This document shows, piece by piece, positions 54,014-64,000 of a DNA stretch of 64,000 nt (the stretch's first letter is position 1; every line of letters begins with the position of its first letter). The stretch spans positions 1 through 64,000 of IMG/VR virus record IMGVR_UViG_3300026078_000022, one strand, 5' to 3'. Made by a program: the position numbers and the translations under genes. Under the pieces are notes generated by a model that was not told the DNA's origin, made no database searches, and saw only the letters and a list, made by a program, of their open reading frames with translations. Source of the stretch: a virus.

Positions 54014-55009
54014 TTAATAGCCGTGTATTTTAGAGCGCACTTTAGCCTGACTTTCTGCAATCTCCTGATCGGCATTCTTAATGTTTTCTTGTGATTGTCC
54101 ACCACCTTTTATAATGGCGAATGGTTGGTTTGCACCAACATTGGAACCTTTTAAAACGCCCCTTCCATGTCCTGTTTCAAAACTTTTTGAAAGAGCAGTT
54201 TCAAAATATTTTTGTTTTAAAAATCCGTTTATTTTTTTTGCAAGTGCTGGCTTTATTTCATCCAATTTACCGTTACTATCTAGGTATGACCGGAATGTTT
54301 TTGGATTAATAAAGGTTTTGGCTAGTTCTTCCCGGTCTTCTTTTGATAATTCTACTTCTACAGATATTTCTTCATCGCCATCTTTGGTTTTAAAGAAAGA
54401 CAATTTATCGGGGGTATTTTCTTTTATGAGATCGTCAATAAATTTCTTGTAGGGAGCTACTTGTTTCTCGATAGCTCGATCTTCATCATATTGAGTTTTG
54501 GCACTCTTATAAGTAGATTCTAATGGATTTTTTATTTCGGCGGCTTCTTTCTGAAGTCTGGCTAAACCGCGTGCCCTTGTTTTTTCGTTTTCAGAATTAA
54601 GTTTATACTCAAATTCAAAGGCATCTTTTAGTTCGTCATCCGTTATTTCGGGGTTATCTTCTTTCTGCTCATTGGCAAATCTTTCAAACACTAAATCTCT
54701 TTCTGCTTTTTTACTGATAGTATCGAATCTTGAAAAATCATCATCCTTCATCAAGTCCTTTTCTACTGCATATTTCCGGAAGTTTACTTTTTCAAGTTCA
54801 GCTTCTTTTGCAACTTGTTCGGGTGTTTTTTCTGGTTCTTTTGAAACTATTGATTCTTTATAAGCCCTTAATTCGGCTAATTCCCTTTGAATATCTTCAG
54901 GGATTACAACTTCTGTAGATGTATTTTGAGTAGAAGATTCACCGCCTCCTGCGTTACTTCCGGTTTCTCCGGCATCACCATCATAAATAAAACGTGGGAA
55001 AAGAATCAT
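54014..55009 (-). CDS. capsid scaffolding protein
   Basis: 331 aa, acidic and helical, immediately upstream of MCP. Confidence 0.6.
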   Translation of the reverse strand: MILFPRFIYDGDAGETGSNAGGGESSTQNTSTEVVIPEDIQRELAELRAYKESIVSKEPEKTPEQVAKEAELEKVNFRKYAVEKDLMKDDDFSRFDTISKKAERDLVFERFANEQKEDNPEITDDELKDAFEFEYKLNSENEKTRARGLARLQKEAAEIKNPLESTYKSAKTQYDEDRAIEKQVAPYKKFIDDLIKENTPDKLSFFKTKDGDEEISVEVELSKEDREELAKTFINPKTFRSYLDSNGKLDEIKPALAKKINGFLKQKYFETALSKSFETGHGRGVLKGSNVGANQPFAIIKGGGQSQENIKNADQEIAESQAKVRSKIHGY

Positions 55010-55085
55010 AAATCTTTGAAGTTCATGTAAAATAAAATCTATTTAATAATAATGCTTTATATTTACTGCGGTAAAAACCTGATTT

Positions 55086-55397
55086 ATGGCGAAAAAACCG
55101 AACCCGGTTATCGAAGTTTATAAAGGTGTTAATATTAGGGCTATCAATGAAGTCCGGCTCTCTCTCAATCCCAGTTACTTTAAAAAAATAATAGACGAAG
55201 TTGATAAAACAGGTTTATCAATTCATAAAGTCATTGCTTATAGTGGTAAACCATGTGATAGATGCAAGAATACTGATGTTACCGTTTATGATAGTGACGG
55301 TAATCCAAAATATGTCAGACGGGGAATACTTCATATACCAGATTCTAACGGCGTGGATATAATAACTAAAGCAAAAAATAGATGCAACAAGCAGTGA
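55086..55397 (+). CDS. hypothetical protein (CxxC)
   Basis: 103 aa, divergent from capsid operon. Confidence 0.6.
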   Translation: MAKKPNPVIEVYKGVNIRAINEVRLSLNPSYFKKIIDEVDKTGLSIHKVIAYSGKPCDRCKNTDVTVYDSDGNPKYVRRGILHIPDSNGVDIITKAKNRCNKQ

Positions 55398-56029
55398 AAT
55401 TAGCTCAACGAATGAGCAAGCAACTTGATAAGAATTGGTTACCTGAACTAGAAGAAATTAACCTTCATAAACTATTCCATCCGGTTTACACATTCCCGCA
55501 CAACATAATTACTCTAAATACAATTGTAGCCTATATAATTCTAGCATACGACAGTGATTCGGGTTGGATAAATCTAAAACAAAATAGGCTTGACAATAAA
55601 TTAGATATTTTAAAATCTCTTGACGCTAACCCTGAAGAAGAAGTATATCAATCAATCTTAAATCTTGACACTACAGATATACAAGATGTTATCCACGAAT
55701 ACCTTCAAATACAAATTGATTGGAAGTTTAAAACTATTATTGCTTGTTTCGATTATCACAGTAAGCATATTCGATCCGCGACTGAACCGATCCCCGCTTC
55801 AGTTACAGATGAACTTGAAAAAAGTAAAATAAACAAGGCGAAGGGAGAACTTCTAAAGGAAAGCATCCGACAAAGGACTGTAGGCGAAGAACTGTTATTA
55901 GAACTAAAAAAAGAACACGTTAAATTAGACCATGTAACTCAAAGTGAATTTAATTTCATTGCTACGGATGTTGAGCATGTTGATGTCATGAGCTGGCGAC
56001 ACTGGATTCGTTCTTTAAAACAGAAGTAA
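55382..56029 (+). CDS. conserved phage protein (possible terminase small subunit)
   Basis: 215 aa helical with YIILAYDSDS motif; function inferred only from packaging-region position. Confidence 0.4.
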   Translation: MQQAVKLAQRMSKQLDKNWLPELEEINLHKLFHPVYTFPHNIITLNTIVAYIILAYDSDSGWINLKQNRLDNKLDILKSLDANPEEEVYQSILNLDTTDIQDVIHEYLQIQIDWKFKTIIACFDYHSKHIRSATEPIPASVTDELEKSKINKAKGELLKESIRQRTVGEELLLELKKEHVKLDHVTQSEFNFIATDVEHVDVMSWRHWIRSLKQK

Positions 56030-56213
56030 TATACTTGCGTATATCCCTTCTGTTTTTTAATTGCCAATAGGTCGTATCCTTGATATTATATTTTTCACAT
56101 GCCTCTTTAGTTTTTAATCCGGAATTATAAATCTCTATCGCTAATTCGGTAGGCAAATACACTCTCTTATATTGCTTTCCTGTAACATGGTCAGAGGTAA
56201 TATTTGTGGCTAT
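55986..56213 (-). CDS. small HTH protein with ATA/GTG start (or endonuclease remnant)
   Basis: LPTELAIEIYNSGLKTKEACEKYNIKDTTYWQLKNRR. Confidence 0.4.
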   Translation of the reverse strand: MATNITSDHVTGKQYKRVYLPTELAIEIYNSGLKTKEACEKYNIKDTTYWQLKNRRDIRKYITSVLKNESSVASS

Positions 56214-56235
56214 TTATTATGCAATAATAAATAAT

Positions 56236-57420
56236 TTATTCTAACAAACTTTCCTTTTTTAATCCTTCGGCCATTTTTATCCGTTTCATTACATTATCAT
56301 AGGGGCCAGACCAACTTTCATCTGGTCTTTTTTCTAAAAACTTATCATTCTTTAGATACCCTTTTTGGTTATATGATTCCATCATTTTTTGAGCGTTTCC
56401 TTCTCCCGCATTATAGGAAACTAAGGTGAAAAAATCACGCGCTTTGGGAGATAATTTAATGTTTCTTTGTTTTGAAAAATCATCCACTTCATCCCGGCTT
56501 GATCTCATCATAGCCGCTTTTGCTTGAAGCCCGGCTTCAGGTGTTTTAAAGTCTGCCGAATTTACCTTAGCATGCTTTTCATTTTCATGAGTACTTTTTA
56601 TAAACTGATCTTTAAATTCAGCCGGTAAATATCCCTTTTTTACTAATCCGGGGAAGGCATCATAAAAATTATCCACTCCCAAATTTTTGTATCCACTTAC
56701 GGGGTAGTCTTTATTTTCACTCCAAGTATTTACCATGCCTTTTGAATCTGCGTACAAACCACTCATTCCTTCTTCCATTGCTGATGAATAAAGTAAAGCA
56801 GGATCTAGGTCTAATTTTTTAGCCGAATCAATTGCCATTTGTTTCGATGTAGTTCTCCCCCATGATGGAATTTCATTAACGCGTAATGGTGTATCTCCGC
56901 GTTTTTCTAATAATCCCGCCCCATGTTTATTAATAAATTCTTTCGCATATGACAACCTTGATTCGGGATTTTTAAAGTCAGGTAATGGTATTCTATCTCC
57001 GGCGTTTACTACGTTATCAGATTGAGCCGTTTGTTGTTGGGCGGCTTGTTGTTGTGGTTGAGGAACAACCGGCGCATTAGGGTTCTTTTTATATTGAAGT
57101 TTGCCTGATGCATCCTTAGTGACAGTATATCCTAATTTGGTATATTGATCTACTATTTTTTGTTCGGCAGGAGTAAAGTTACCGGCTGGTTTTTCTGGAT
57201 CACCCGTACCATTACTTAAAAATGATTGTAATTTATCTTTCCATGCACCGGAAGTACTACTATCGGAATTAAATGCCAATACGTTATCCATGAACTTATC
57301 AGAATTTTCTTTTCCCAATATGCCCTGTAATCTAGTTTTATCGTTAACTATATTTTGATCGGACATGCTATCGTATTTTGTTCCGATCACCTTTGATAGA
57401 AGATTCTTTAATTCTTCCAT
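56236..57420 (-). CDS. lytic transglycosylase (SLT-fold) domain protein
   Basis: LDPALLYSSAMEEG catalytic-Glu helix and SYNAGEG motif. Confidence 0.7.
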   Translation of the reverse strand: MEELKNLLSKVIGTKYDSMSDQNIVNDKTRLQGILGKENSDKFMDNVLAFNSDSSTSGAWKDKLQSFLSNGTGDPEKPAGNFTPAEQKIVDQYTKLGYTVTKDASGKLQYKKNPNAPVVPQPQQQAAQQQTAQSDNVVNAGDRIPLPDFKNPESRLSYAKEFINKHGAGLLEKRGDTPLRVNEIPSWGRTTSKQMAIDSAKKLDLDPALLYSSAMEEGMSGLYADSKGMVNTWSENKDYPVSGYKNLGVDNFYDAFPGLVKKGYLPAEFKDQFIKSTHENEKHAKVNSADFKTPEAGLQAKAAMMRSSRDEVDDFSKQRNIKLSPKARDFFTLVSYNAGEGNAQKMMESYNQKGYLKNDKFLEKRPDESWSGPYDNVMKRIKMAEGLKKESLLE

Positions 57421-57421
57421 A

Positions 57422-59950
57422 TTATTCAGTTATTGGCGTTAATTCTTTACGTTGTTCCTTTGCGTCTTCCAATTCAGCCTTTTGTTTATTTTCTTCGAGA
57501 CGATTTTGCTTACGTTGATCACTTAGAATTGCCATTGATTGCGTTTTTTGCTTGGTTAGTTGATCTTGAAGGGCTGCATCAATTTGACCTTGTGTTTGTA
57601 TATTCTGATCTTTGGCTTGTCCTTTCGCTTGATTTAACATCATGGCTGTTTGTAATTGCATTTGTTGCAATTCTTTGGCGCGTTCGTGTTGCACTGCTTC
57701 CATATCCGCCTTTTCACGCGCACGTCTTTTAGCCGCCAATGATAATAATACAGCACCATACTTGTAATTCTCCTGAATGGTATCAATAATCATTTCTACA
57801 TCTTCAAAACTTATTTCTCCATCCCGTAACATTTGAGTAGTAAGTTCTGTATAATATTGCTTCTTAGCTTGTGTATCTTCGAGAGTTACGGTTAACCCTA
57901 TTTCTTCAGGTTGCAATTCTTCCACCGATTCCAATAACATGGCATTAGCTACTCCTACTACACTTTCAAACTCATTCCATCGTTGCTTATAATTAAGTTG
58001 TTTCCGTTCCTTTGTTATATTTATCAGGAATTGCACGCATCGCTCCCCAAACATAACTAGAAATTCACGCGCTGGCATTTCGATAAACCATAAGCCATCC
58101 CGTGTAGCTGCTATTGAAGCCTGAATGCCTGCTACGGCTGTACGCGGTTTAGGATCGGCTCCTTCCGTAATATCATTTTGAGCAAGCGATAAAGTCAAAA
58201 GGTTGTATTGTTCCAATATCAATTTCAAGAACCGTTCAGCTTTATCCAAATGCTTTGTATCAACCAGTACAAAGAATTTGCTAGGATCTTGAACTACCAC
58301 ATTACCGTTCTTATCCCTGAATTTCATAAAAGCAATTCCACCTTGTCGCATTGCTTTCCATTGTTCCATGCCTGCATCAATGCCATTGCCCCCTGTTGGC
58401 TTATCTGGATTGCCGGGATCTACTTTATTTTTTTCATCCACCGCTTTTAAAAGACCGGATATGAAATCCCAATCTATTACCATGCTTGTGGTATCCTGAA
58501 CAATACAGTTTTGGAACTTATGCCAAAGCGTACGAATCTTAGGCATGTATGCTTCTTTTATGTCCGTGAAAGACATTCTTTCGTCTTTCCAGATAACCAA
58601 TGAACTTTTAGCATACCGCATATCAACGCCGTAACGATACATATCAATATCCTTTTTTATATTGAATATGTATCTGGATTGCCATGCCCAATCTATTGGT
58701 GCATTACGAGATAGTCTTTCTCCCGGTGGTGGTACATAATAACAACTATACCAGACATTGTAAATCTTTTGTCGCTGTTCTGTTTTATATTTATTGGGAG
58801 TATTTTTATGGGGTAACCAGCTTAATGGCTTTCGTTCCCAAACGGGGATACGATTATTTACATAGCTTTCTGAAAACTTATCGGCATCCTGAGTAAGACA
58901 AGAAAGTTTACCTATTCTTATTTTGGCATTGCTTCCTTTAACGCTTTTTGCTCCTTTCCAATCCATGCCGTGCGCAGCGCCTTGCGTTTTGTTTATCTCA
59001 AAAACTTCTTTCAGTTCTTCGTCAGAAAGTTTAGTAGCAAATTGACGCACAAATTCAGCAAAGGTTATATCTTTTTCATAAAACCAGAATTGAATATCCT
59101 CCCCGTTTTTTTCGTTGAATGAACTGGTGAAAAGTTGGTCTGGTTCAAGATATTCTACTAGACCACGGCCTGTAGTTTCATCAATAGTCCATGTTCCGCA
59201 AGCTCTATTAAAGTGCTTCAGGTCATTATTAAAGCTCTGACATTTTACATGCCACTTGTTGAGGTTGATTAGATAATGACTGATACCTAGCTCGAATGCT
59301 CTTTCAATATCGCCCTTGTACACATAAGAATCGTATAAAGCTAAGTCCTGACTATCTTTTAATTGATTCCGGATGTAATCGACTATGTTACCTATCGTAT
59401 CAACCATTTCGTCGCCTTTTTCTTGGCTTAATGATTGAACATAGGCATAAGGAGATTCACTTTCACTTATAGGAGGATAACCTATTTCGACTAGAATTTC
59501 ATTTAAAATTCCACGGAAAGCATTTTGGTAAAGGATTTTGTACTTTTCTTTTATGCGTTGCCCTTTGGCAAACTTGTCGATTTCGTTTACCTGAATCTGG
59601 TTTACTATCCCTATTTTATCGAGTTTGGCCCGGACAATATTATCAATATGTACATCTATGGGGCATGTTTTCCAATCGGCTGCGAAGTATTGTGCTTTAC
59701 CGCCTCCACCCATTGGAGTAGGGGGATCAATCAAATTGATGTAATCTTGCTTGTCTATTTCTCCACGTTCTAACCTGCGATATTCTCGTTTTCGTTTAGT
59801 GTTTAGGAAACATACACCTGCCTGTTTTGCGTAAAACAAGAACTGACTCATCCAAAGCTGGCCTTTGTCTTCGGATGGCATAAACGTAATGTCACTATAA
59901 AAAGTTGTGTTATCGCGAACCGGTAGATTATTCCCTTTCTTTTCGGCCAT
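57422..59950 (-). CDS. portal protein
   Basis: 842 aa between terminase and scaffold/MCP; Gln/Glu coiled-coil C-terminal barrel. Confidence 0.8.
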   Translation of the reverse strand: MAEKKGNNLPVRDNTTFYSDITFMPSEDKGQLWMSQFLFYAKQAGVCFLNTKRKREYRRLERGEIDKQDYINLIDPPTPMGGGGKAQYFAADWKTCPIDVHIDNIVRAKLDKIGIVNQIQVNEIDKFAKGQRIKEKYKILYQNAFRGILNEILVEIGYPPISESESPYAYVQSLSQEKGDEMVDTIGNIVDYIRNQLKDSQDLALYDSYVYKGDIERAFELGISHYLINLNKWHVKCQSFNNDLKHFNRACGTWTIDETTGRGLVEYLEPDQLFTSSFNEKNGEDIQFWFYEKDITFAEFVRQFATKLSDEELKEVFEINKTQGAAHGMDWKGAKSVKGSNAKIRIGKLSCLTQDADKFSESYVNNRIPVWERKPLSWLPHKNTPNKYKTEQRQKIYNVWYSCYYVPPPGERLSRNAPIDWAWQSRYIFNIKKDIDMYRYGVDMRYAKSSLVIWKDERMSFTDIKEAYMPKIRTLWHKFQNCIVQDTTSMVIDWDFISGLLKAVDEKNKVDPGNPDKPTGGNGIDAGMEQWKAMRQGGIAFMKFRDKNGNVVVQDPSKFFVLVDTKHLDKAERFLKLILEQYNLLTLSLAQNDITEGADPKPRTAVAGIQASIAATRDGLWFIEMPAREFLVMFGERCVQFLINITKERKQLNYKQRWNEFESVVGVANAMLLESVEELQPEEIGLTVTLEDTQAKKQYYTELTTQMLRDGEISFEDVEMIIDTIQENYKYGAVLLSLAAKRRAREKADMEAVQHERAKELQQMQLQTAMMLNQAKGQAKDQNIQTQGQIDAALQDQLTKQKTQSMAILSDQRKQNRLEENKQKAELEDAKEQRKELTPITE

Positions 59951-59998
59951 TATATCAATAATTTATACCAAATCTAGTGATTTTTAAATATTATTTCA

Positions 59999-60592
59999 TT
60001 ATCCTTTATAATCACTATAGATACTCATATCAAATTCCCGTTTGTATCGTTCTTTATTTAATTCCCAATTTATGCCAGAACCGATTACCGTAAACCCAAA
60101 TCCTTTATGTCTCAGATCAAGGGGCCAGCCTAATCTAATGGGGTACAGTTTAATATTAGTTTCCCCACAACATCTGCAAAGCCCTATTTTATTGCTTTTT
60201 AACTGTTTGGGAATGTATTTGTCCCCTTCTAACATACAATCATAACAAATATCAGGGGGCAGTAATTTTGGGTGTTTAGGCTCAGGCTGTTTATTTAAAA
60301 CCTGCCAATTGATACATTCAAATACTCCATCACGTATCCAAATTCTACGGGTAAAATGATGACGAAGTTTTCTTATTTCTCTTAACGTAAGGGGTTCAGT
60401 AGCTTCATAAATTTCTTTCTTTAAATCCGCGTCCACACGCACATGAGTATATTCTGTCTTTCTATATTGATCCCCAACTTTAACTATTTGTCCGTAATGA
60501 GAATGCCCATCTACCAAAAGGACTTCCGGCCATTTGAATAGAATACCGCCCCATTTAGCCTGTGTAAAAAGTTTTAATCTTCTAAACTTCAT
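59999..60592 (-). CDS. hypothetical protein (C-terminal Cys motifs)
   Basis: 197 aa; CYDC..CRCC. Confidence 0.65.
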   Translation of the reverse strand: MKFRRLKLFTQAKWGGILFKWPEVLLVDGHSHYGQIVKVGDQYRKTEYTHVRVDADLKKEIYEATEPLTLREIRKLRHHFTRRIWIRDGVFECINWQVLNKQPEPKHPKLLPPDICYDCMLEGDKYIPKQLKSNKIGLCRCCGETNIKLYPIRLGWPLDLRHKGFGFTVIGSGINWELNKERYKREFDMSIYSDYKG

Positions 60593-60602
60593 AACAACTT
60601 AT

Positions 60603-61754
60603 TTAATCAATTCGAGCCAAAACATCCACATCATTAATGCACGAAAATTTCTTCCCGTCAATCATTACCGAAAACACGTCGAAGTCATTAACTAATACCT
60701 TCATGCCGGGTACAATATCGTAATTTTCTGTACTTTCTTTTGCTACTGAAAGTACCTCTCGTTCAATAACCATTTCAGTTTCATAATATATTAATCCACT
60801 ACGAGTTACCTTTCCTACTACGTTACTTTTATGCTCCAATAATACAAAAGGTTCGCGGGGATGTATATTGCTATCTCTGACTACGGCTATTAGGGATGAA
60901 AGATTATCGTAGTCCCCTTTGAACCAAACAGCTTGTGTTCTGTTTCCTTTTCTGTTTTCATGCACAATATTATCATCTTCGTGGCGTGTGGTAATGGCAT
61001 CCACTACCACTAATTTATCCGCCCCATCATACCCTACAATAATATCATCGTTATTATCTACAAGGTAATGGATTATGGCGGTATCGTCAGGTAAGACATT
61101 TTCAACATTGGCCCCTGCTTCAATAACTTGCCCCCCTGATACGAATATTTCGGCTTTCCTATCGTTCAGTGTATTTTCATCTACGGTTATAAATAGTAAA
61201 GCAGGTGTACCATCGTCACGAATTATTCGCTTTCTGAAAAGACTTTCTCTACTTTCTTTGGTTATTTTTATCAATACAAAATCAGGATTCGGAATAAGTT
61301 TACTTCCCATTTCTTTAGCTAACACATTTTTTTCTGCCACTAACACATACTCTTTGCCATCTTTAGAATAAGATAGTATTTCAGATTGCCCACGGAAGTA
61401 AATTAAGTCTCCCGGCTGATAATAATTCGCGTCACTACCTGATTCAACTACTCTCCCGTAATTTTTCAGATCCCGGTTTATGATATTCTTAACTTTTTCG
61501 TCGTATACCTTATTCTCTTTTTCTTCCTTAGCTATATCATGTATCCCGTGTTTCTTTTTACTATGCTCAATAAGTTTTGATGTAAGGTCATTCTTTTGAA
61601 ATGGCTTTTTAAAAACTATATCGGACATTGCTTCTTCAAACTCAGAAAAATTATCTAGGCTTTTACCATCCATAATGTATAAGCCAGATTCGGTCATTTC
61701 TTCTGAAACGTGTTCTAACCTTTCTATTAAAACTGTATTACGTAATGGTTTCAT
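60603..61754 (-). CDS. co-chaperonin with three tandem GroES-like domains
   Basis: MKPLRNTVLI..TESGL..GRVVESG..QPGD..EKNVLA; IPNPDFVLI..GQVIEAG; IHPREPFVLL..TRSGL..VPGMKV..DVDVLA. Confidence 0.75.
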   Translation of the reverse strand: MKPLRNTVLIERLEHVSEEMTESGLYIMDGKSLDNFSEFEEAMSDIVFKKPFQKNDLTSKLIEHSKKKHGIHDIAKEEKENKVYDEKVKNIINRDLKNYGRVVESGSDANYYQPGDLIYFRGQSEILSYSKDGKEYVLVAEKNVLAKEMGSKLIPNPDFVLIKITKESRESLFRKRIIRDDGTPALLFITVDENTLNDRKAEIFVSGGQVIEAGANVENVLPDDTAIIHYLVDNNDDIIVGYDGADKLVVVDAITTRHEDDNIVHENRKGNRTQAVWFKGDYDNLSSLIAVVRDSNIHPREPFVLLEHKSNVVGKVTRSGLIYYETEMVIEREVLSVAKESTENYDIVPGMKVLVNDFDVFSVMIDGKKFSCINDVDVLARID

Positions 61755-62050
61755 ATATATTGATATGCAATGCTATTTTCCTTGTTAATTAATATTTTTT
61801 GCCCATTAAAATATAAGTAATATGTATCTATTATGTAATCCTCTTTGAAATATAAGCACGAAAAATTCAAGTATAACCAATTTGTCATTTCTTTGTATAA
61901 ATCTTTATTTACAACTATGCTTAGTATTTCTTCATAATGTTCATCTTTTAAAATATTGCATATCGTTTCTAATACGGTAATATCAAATTTCTCAAAGTCT
62001 ACCGTAAAAGCATTCCCTTTATCGGATAATTTAAAAGATATTGATTGCAT
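61751..62050 (-). CDS. hypothetical protein
   Basis: 99 aa, AT-rich. Confidence 0.5.
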   Translation of the reverse strand: MQSISFKLSDKGNAFTVDFEKFDITVLETICNILKDEHYEEILSIVVNKDLYKEMTNWLYLNFSCLYFKEDYIIDTYYLYFNGQKILINKENSIAYQYI

Positions 62051-62057
62051 ATAATAT

Positions 62058-64000
62058 TTAATTTCTTACCGGATTCAGTTCCATTAATTTTTTCATCATA
62101 TCATCAATGTTACTATCAGTTGCATTAGTGTAAACTATTTGTTTTAATCCATCATGCAACATAATAGTAGCCATTGTAGCGTGTGATTTGGTAGTATTCT
62201 GCATGTCAAAGTTTTTGTAATCAATCAACGCTTCATCGAATGGGAATGTCGCAACCATGTCCTTATCGTTTTCATCTTTTGGTTCAGCGAAATGGGTTAT
62301 CAAATTTTGTAAACCATTCTCTACCACTTTCCCTTTGCTATCCGTCCATATTCCCCATTTACCGTCTTTTGGATTTTTAAGCAGGAAGGGGAGCATATTA
62401 TGATCGTCAAACTCTTCTTCGGTTGTTTCGACCTGACGTTCAGCCATGCAAGGATAACCCCAATATTTGCAGGCTTTGATTACTTCTTTATGCGCATCTC
62501 GCGGGTTGTTTGGCCGGTACAACATGAATGCGCAATACTCATTATCTATCCCTGAATTAAAATAATCGAATTTCTTATAAACGATAGCACATGCCTGAGA
62601 TAAGTTATCACTTGTTGTATTGTCGGTTTTATACCGAATAGGGTCATAACCAATACACCCTTCAGGATTGGTAGCCGGAAAATGAACCTTCCCATAAAAT
62701 CTATACCTATTTCTGGTATCAATTCCTTTATCTACCGAAAAATAAGGATGCACTGCTACCAACCATACGCCCTCCTGATCTTCCTCAAAGTATATTTTCC
62801 CTTTTTTATCTTCTAGTAAATTACCGCGAACATAAGGTTTTCCATCTCGCGGCATTTGCTTTAATTCCTGTATACGGCTTTCCATACGGATAATTGGGAA
62901 GTATACTTTATCCGTAGCGGCCATTAACCCATGCTTCTTTTCTATTGGCAACCGGCGAAGGGCAAATACGTATTGCTTTGAATTTTTGTCGTACTTATTT
63001 ACTTCACCCCAAATATAGGCTTCTGCTTTATCCCGGTTAATTTTTCCGAATCTTGTATAGGCCGGATCTCTATGCTCTTGTGGAATATCGGCAGAATGAA
63101 TAGCGCCTACAAACCATTCATAAAGGCCACTTGTCGTTCTACCGTTTTGGTCGCGTACTTTCGGGTTACTGTCAAGAATGATTTTGCATCCTTTCTTCAC
63201 CGCGTTCAGGTAATCGTCCGAATCTCCCATAGTTGAAAGAACGTCTACCTTTCCTTTGATGCCGTATTCTACTACGCATTTTTTATTAATATCTAGGGTT
63301 TCTTCCGGATCGGCAGTAGTCCACTTAAAACTTTCATCCTGAATGATTAATCTTTTCTTTTCGCCATCCATTGCAGCGGGGGTAGTTGGATAAGGCGTTA
63401 CCTTTCCCCCTAATGGAATATCTTTTTCATCTGAATCATTCAGAATATCAACCCGATTGGATATTAATTCGAGGCTATTACGCGGTTTTTTCCCATTTGG
63501 GGAATAAAATTCCTCCCGCATCCATCTGGGCCGCGAAAGATAGGTATTTACCAGAGGATGCATTAAAGAATTTAAACATTTCTTATACTCATTGCTTTGC
63601 AGGCCGACATATGAATTTTCGTCTTCAAGCAGTGTATAAATGGCTTCCTCAATTTCTTCGGCCGTCATTCCACAACGACGACACTTTAAGATTGCTTTGC
63701 CGTAACTGTTCGTATCCTTTCTGACTAAATCCCTGAAATAGAAGTCAAATCGTTGTTGTTCAAGGTATTCAGCATAACCAAAATCAAATTTATTAATGAC
63801 AAGAAAATCCCAGTGCATCCCCGTTATCCATACTGGCTCCCCATTAATAAACATCCAATGCCCATTTAACCACTTATCCCGCATCCCGGAAATGTATTCG
63901 ATACGCTCCCGTTCTGTCATCCTCCTTACATCCTTTATTTCTGGCCGCCTCCATATCTGGTCATGGCGCTTTAGATTATACCCTTCAATGAGTTTTTCAT
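62058..64000 (-). CDS. terL: terminase large subunit (5' end beyond window)
   Basis: KCRRCGMT Walker A, IIQDE Walker B, LSTMG, IGYDP nuclease motif; frame stays open from 63920 to the window edge. Confidence 0.9.
   Translation of the reverse strand, partial: EKLIEGYNLKRHDQIWRRPEIKDVRRMTERERIEYISGMRDKWLNGHWMFINGEPVWITGMHWDFLVINKFDFGYAEYLEQQRFDFYFRDLVRKDTNSYGKAILKCRRCGMTAEEIEEAIYTLLEDENSYVGLQSNEYKKCLNSLMHPLVNTYLSRPRWMREEFYSPNGKKPRNSLELISNRVDILNDSDEKDIPLGGKVTPYPTTPAAMDGEKKRLIIQDESFKWTTADPEETLDINKKCVVEYGIKGKVDVLSTMGDSDDYLNAVKKGCKIILDSNPKVRDQNGRTTSGLYEWFVGAIHSADIPQEHRDPAYTRFGKINRDKAEAYIWGEVNKYDKNSKQYVFALRRLPIEKKHGLMAATDKVYFPIIRMESRIQELKQMPRDGKPYVRGNLLEDKKGKIYFEEDQEGVWLVAVHPYFSVDKGIDTRNRYRFYGKVHFPATNPEGCIGYDPIRYKTDNTTSDNLSQACAIVYKKFDYFNSGIDNEYCAFMLYRPNNPRDAHKEVIKACKYWGYPCMAERQVETTEEEFDDHNMLPFLLKNPKDGKWGIWTDSKGKVVENGLQNLITHFAEPKDENDKDMVATFPFDEALIDYKNFDMQNTTKSHATMATIMLHDGLKQIVYTNATDSNIDDMMKKLMELNPVRN

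Noticed and set aside
18111-63724. Numerous 60-120 aa ORFs antisense to long genes
   Set aside because: Shadow ORFs fully nested opposite well-supported genes, with Ser/Phe/Leu-biased composition and no start context
80-63920. Genome-wide TAG-to-Gln recoding as in some crAss-like phages
   Set aside because: Long late genes (2523, 1564, 1499 aa) are open in the standard code, and TAG appears to end genes at 80, 519, 6432, 19440 and 20356

Overview
The whole 64 kb reads as part of an AT-rich dsDNA tailed phage genome. The host is very probably Bacteroidota, inferred from TAnnTTTG promoter boxes, A-rich non-Shine-Dalgarno starts and Gln(+1) signal peptides. The morphogenesis gene order is podovirus/crAss-like. 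Layout: (i) 1-10.1 kb, minus-strand small middle genes (RusA resolvase, RHH regulator, YqaJ-like exonuclease, many hypotheticals), with an ORF-free ~0.8 kb array of about six discrete structured RNAs at 6766-7554, two of them tRNA/tmRNA-like; (ii) 10.2-11.35 kb, XRE regulator plus a skew-switching, hairpin-rich non-coding block (origin/terminus candidate); (iii) 11.36-17.2 kb, plus-strand early-type small genes including a uS3-like KH protein; (iv) 17.4-64 kb, mostly minus-strand late module: terminase (runs off the right edge), triple-GroES fusion, portal, lytic transglycosylase, scaffold, major capsid, ring/tail proteins, two free-standing homing endonucleases, GNAT, three ejection proteins (235/525/2523 aa), a HExxE protein plus PurD-like ATP-grasp pair, a signal-peptide-bearing beta-helix tailspike and a lysis cassette. 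I see no polymerase, integrase, CRISPR array or canonical tRNA. The best candidates for undescribed biology are the structured-RNA array, a thrice-recurring kissing-hairpin leader, the ATP-grasp/metalloprotein pair, the triple GroES, the uS3-KH mimic and the secreted-looking tailspike. All calls come from reading motifs and base pairing by eye; no searches or folding programs were run.
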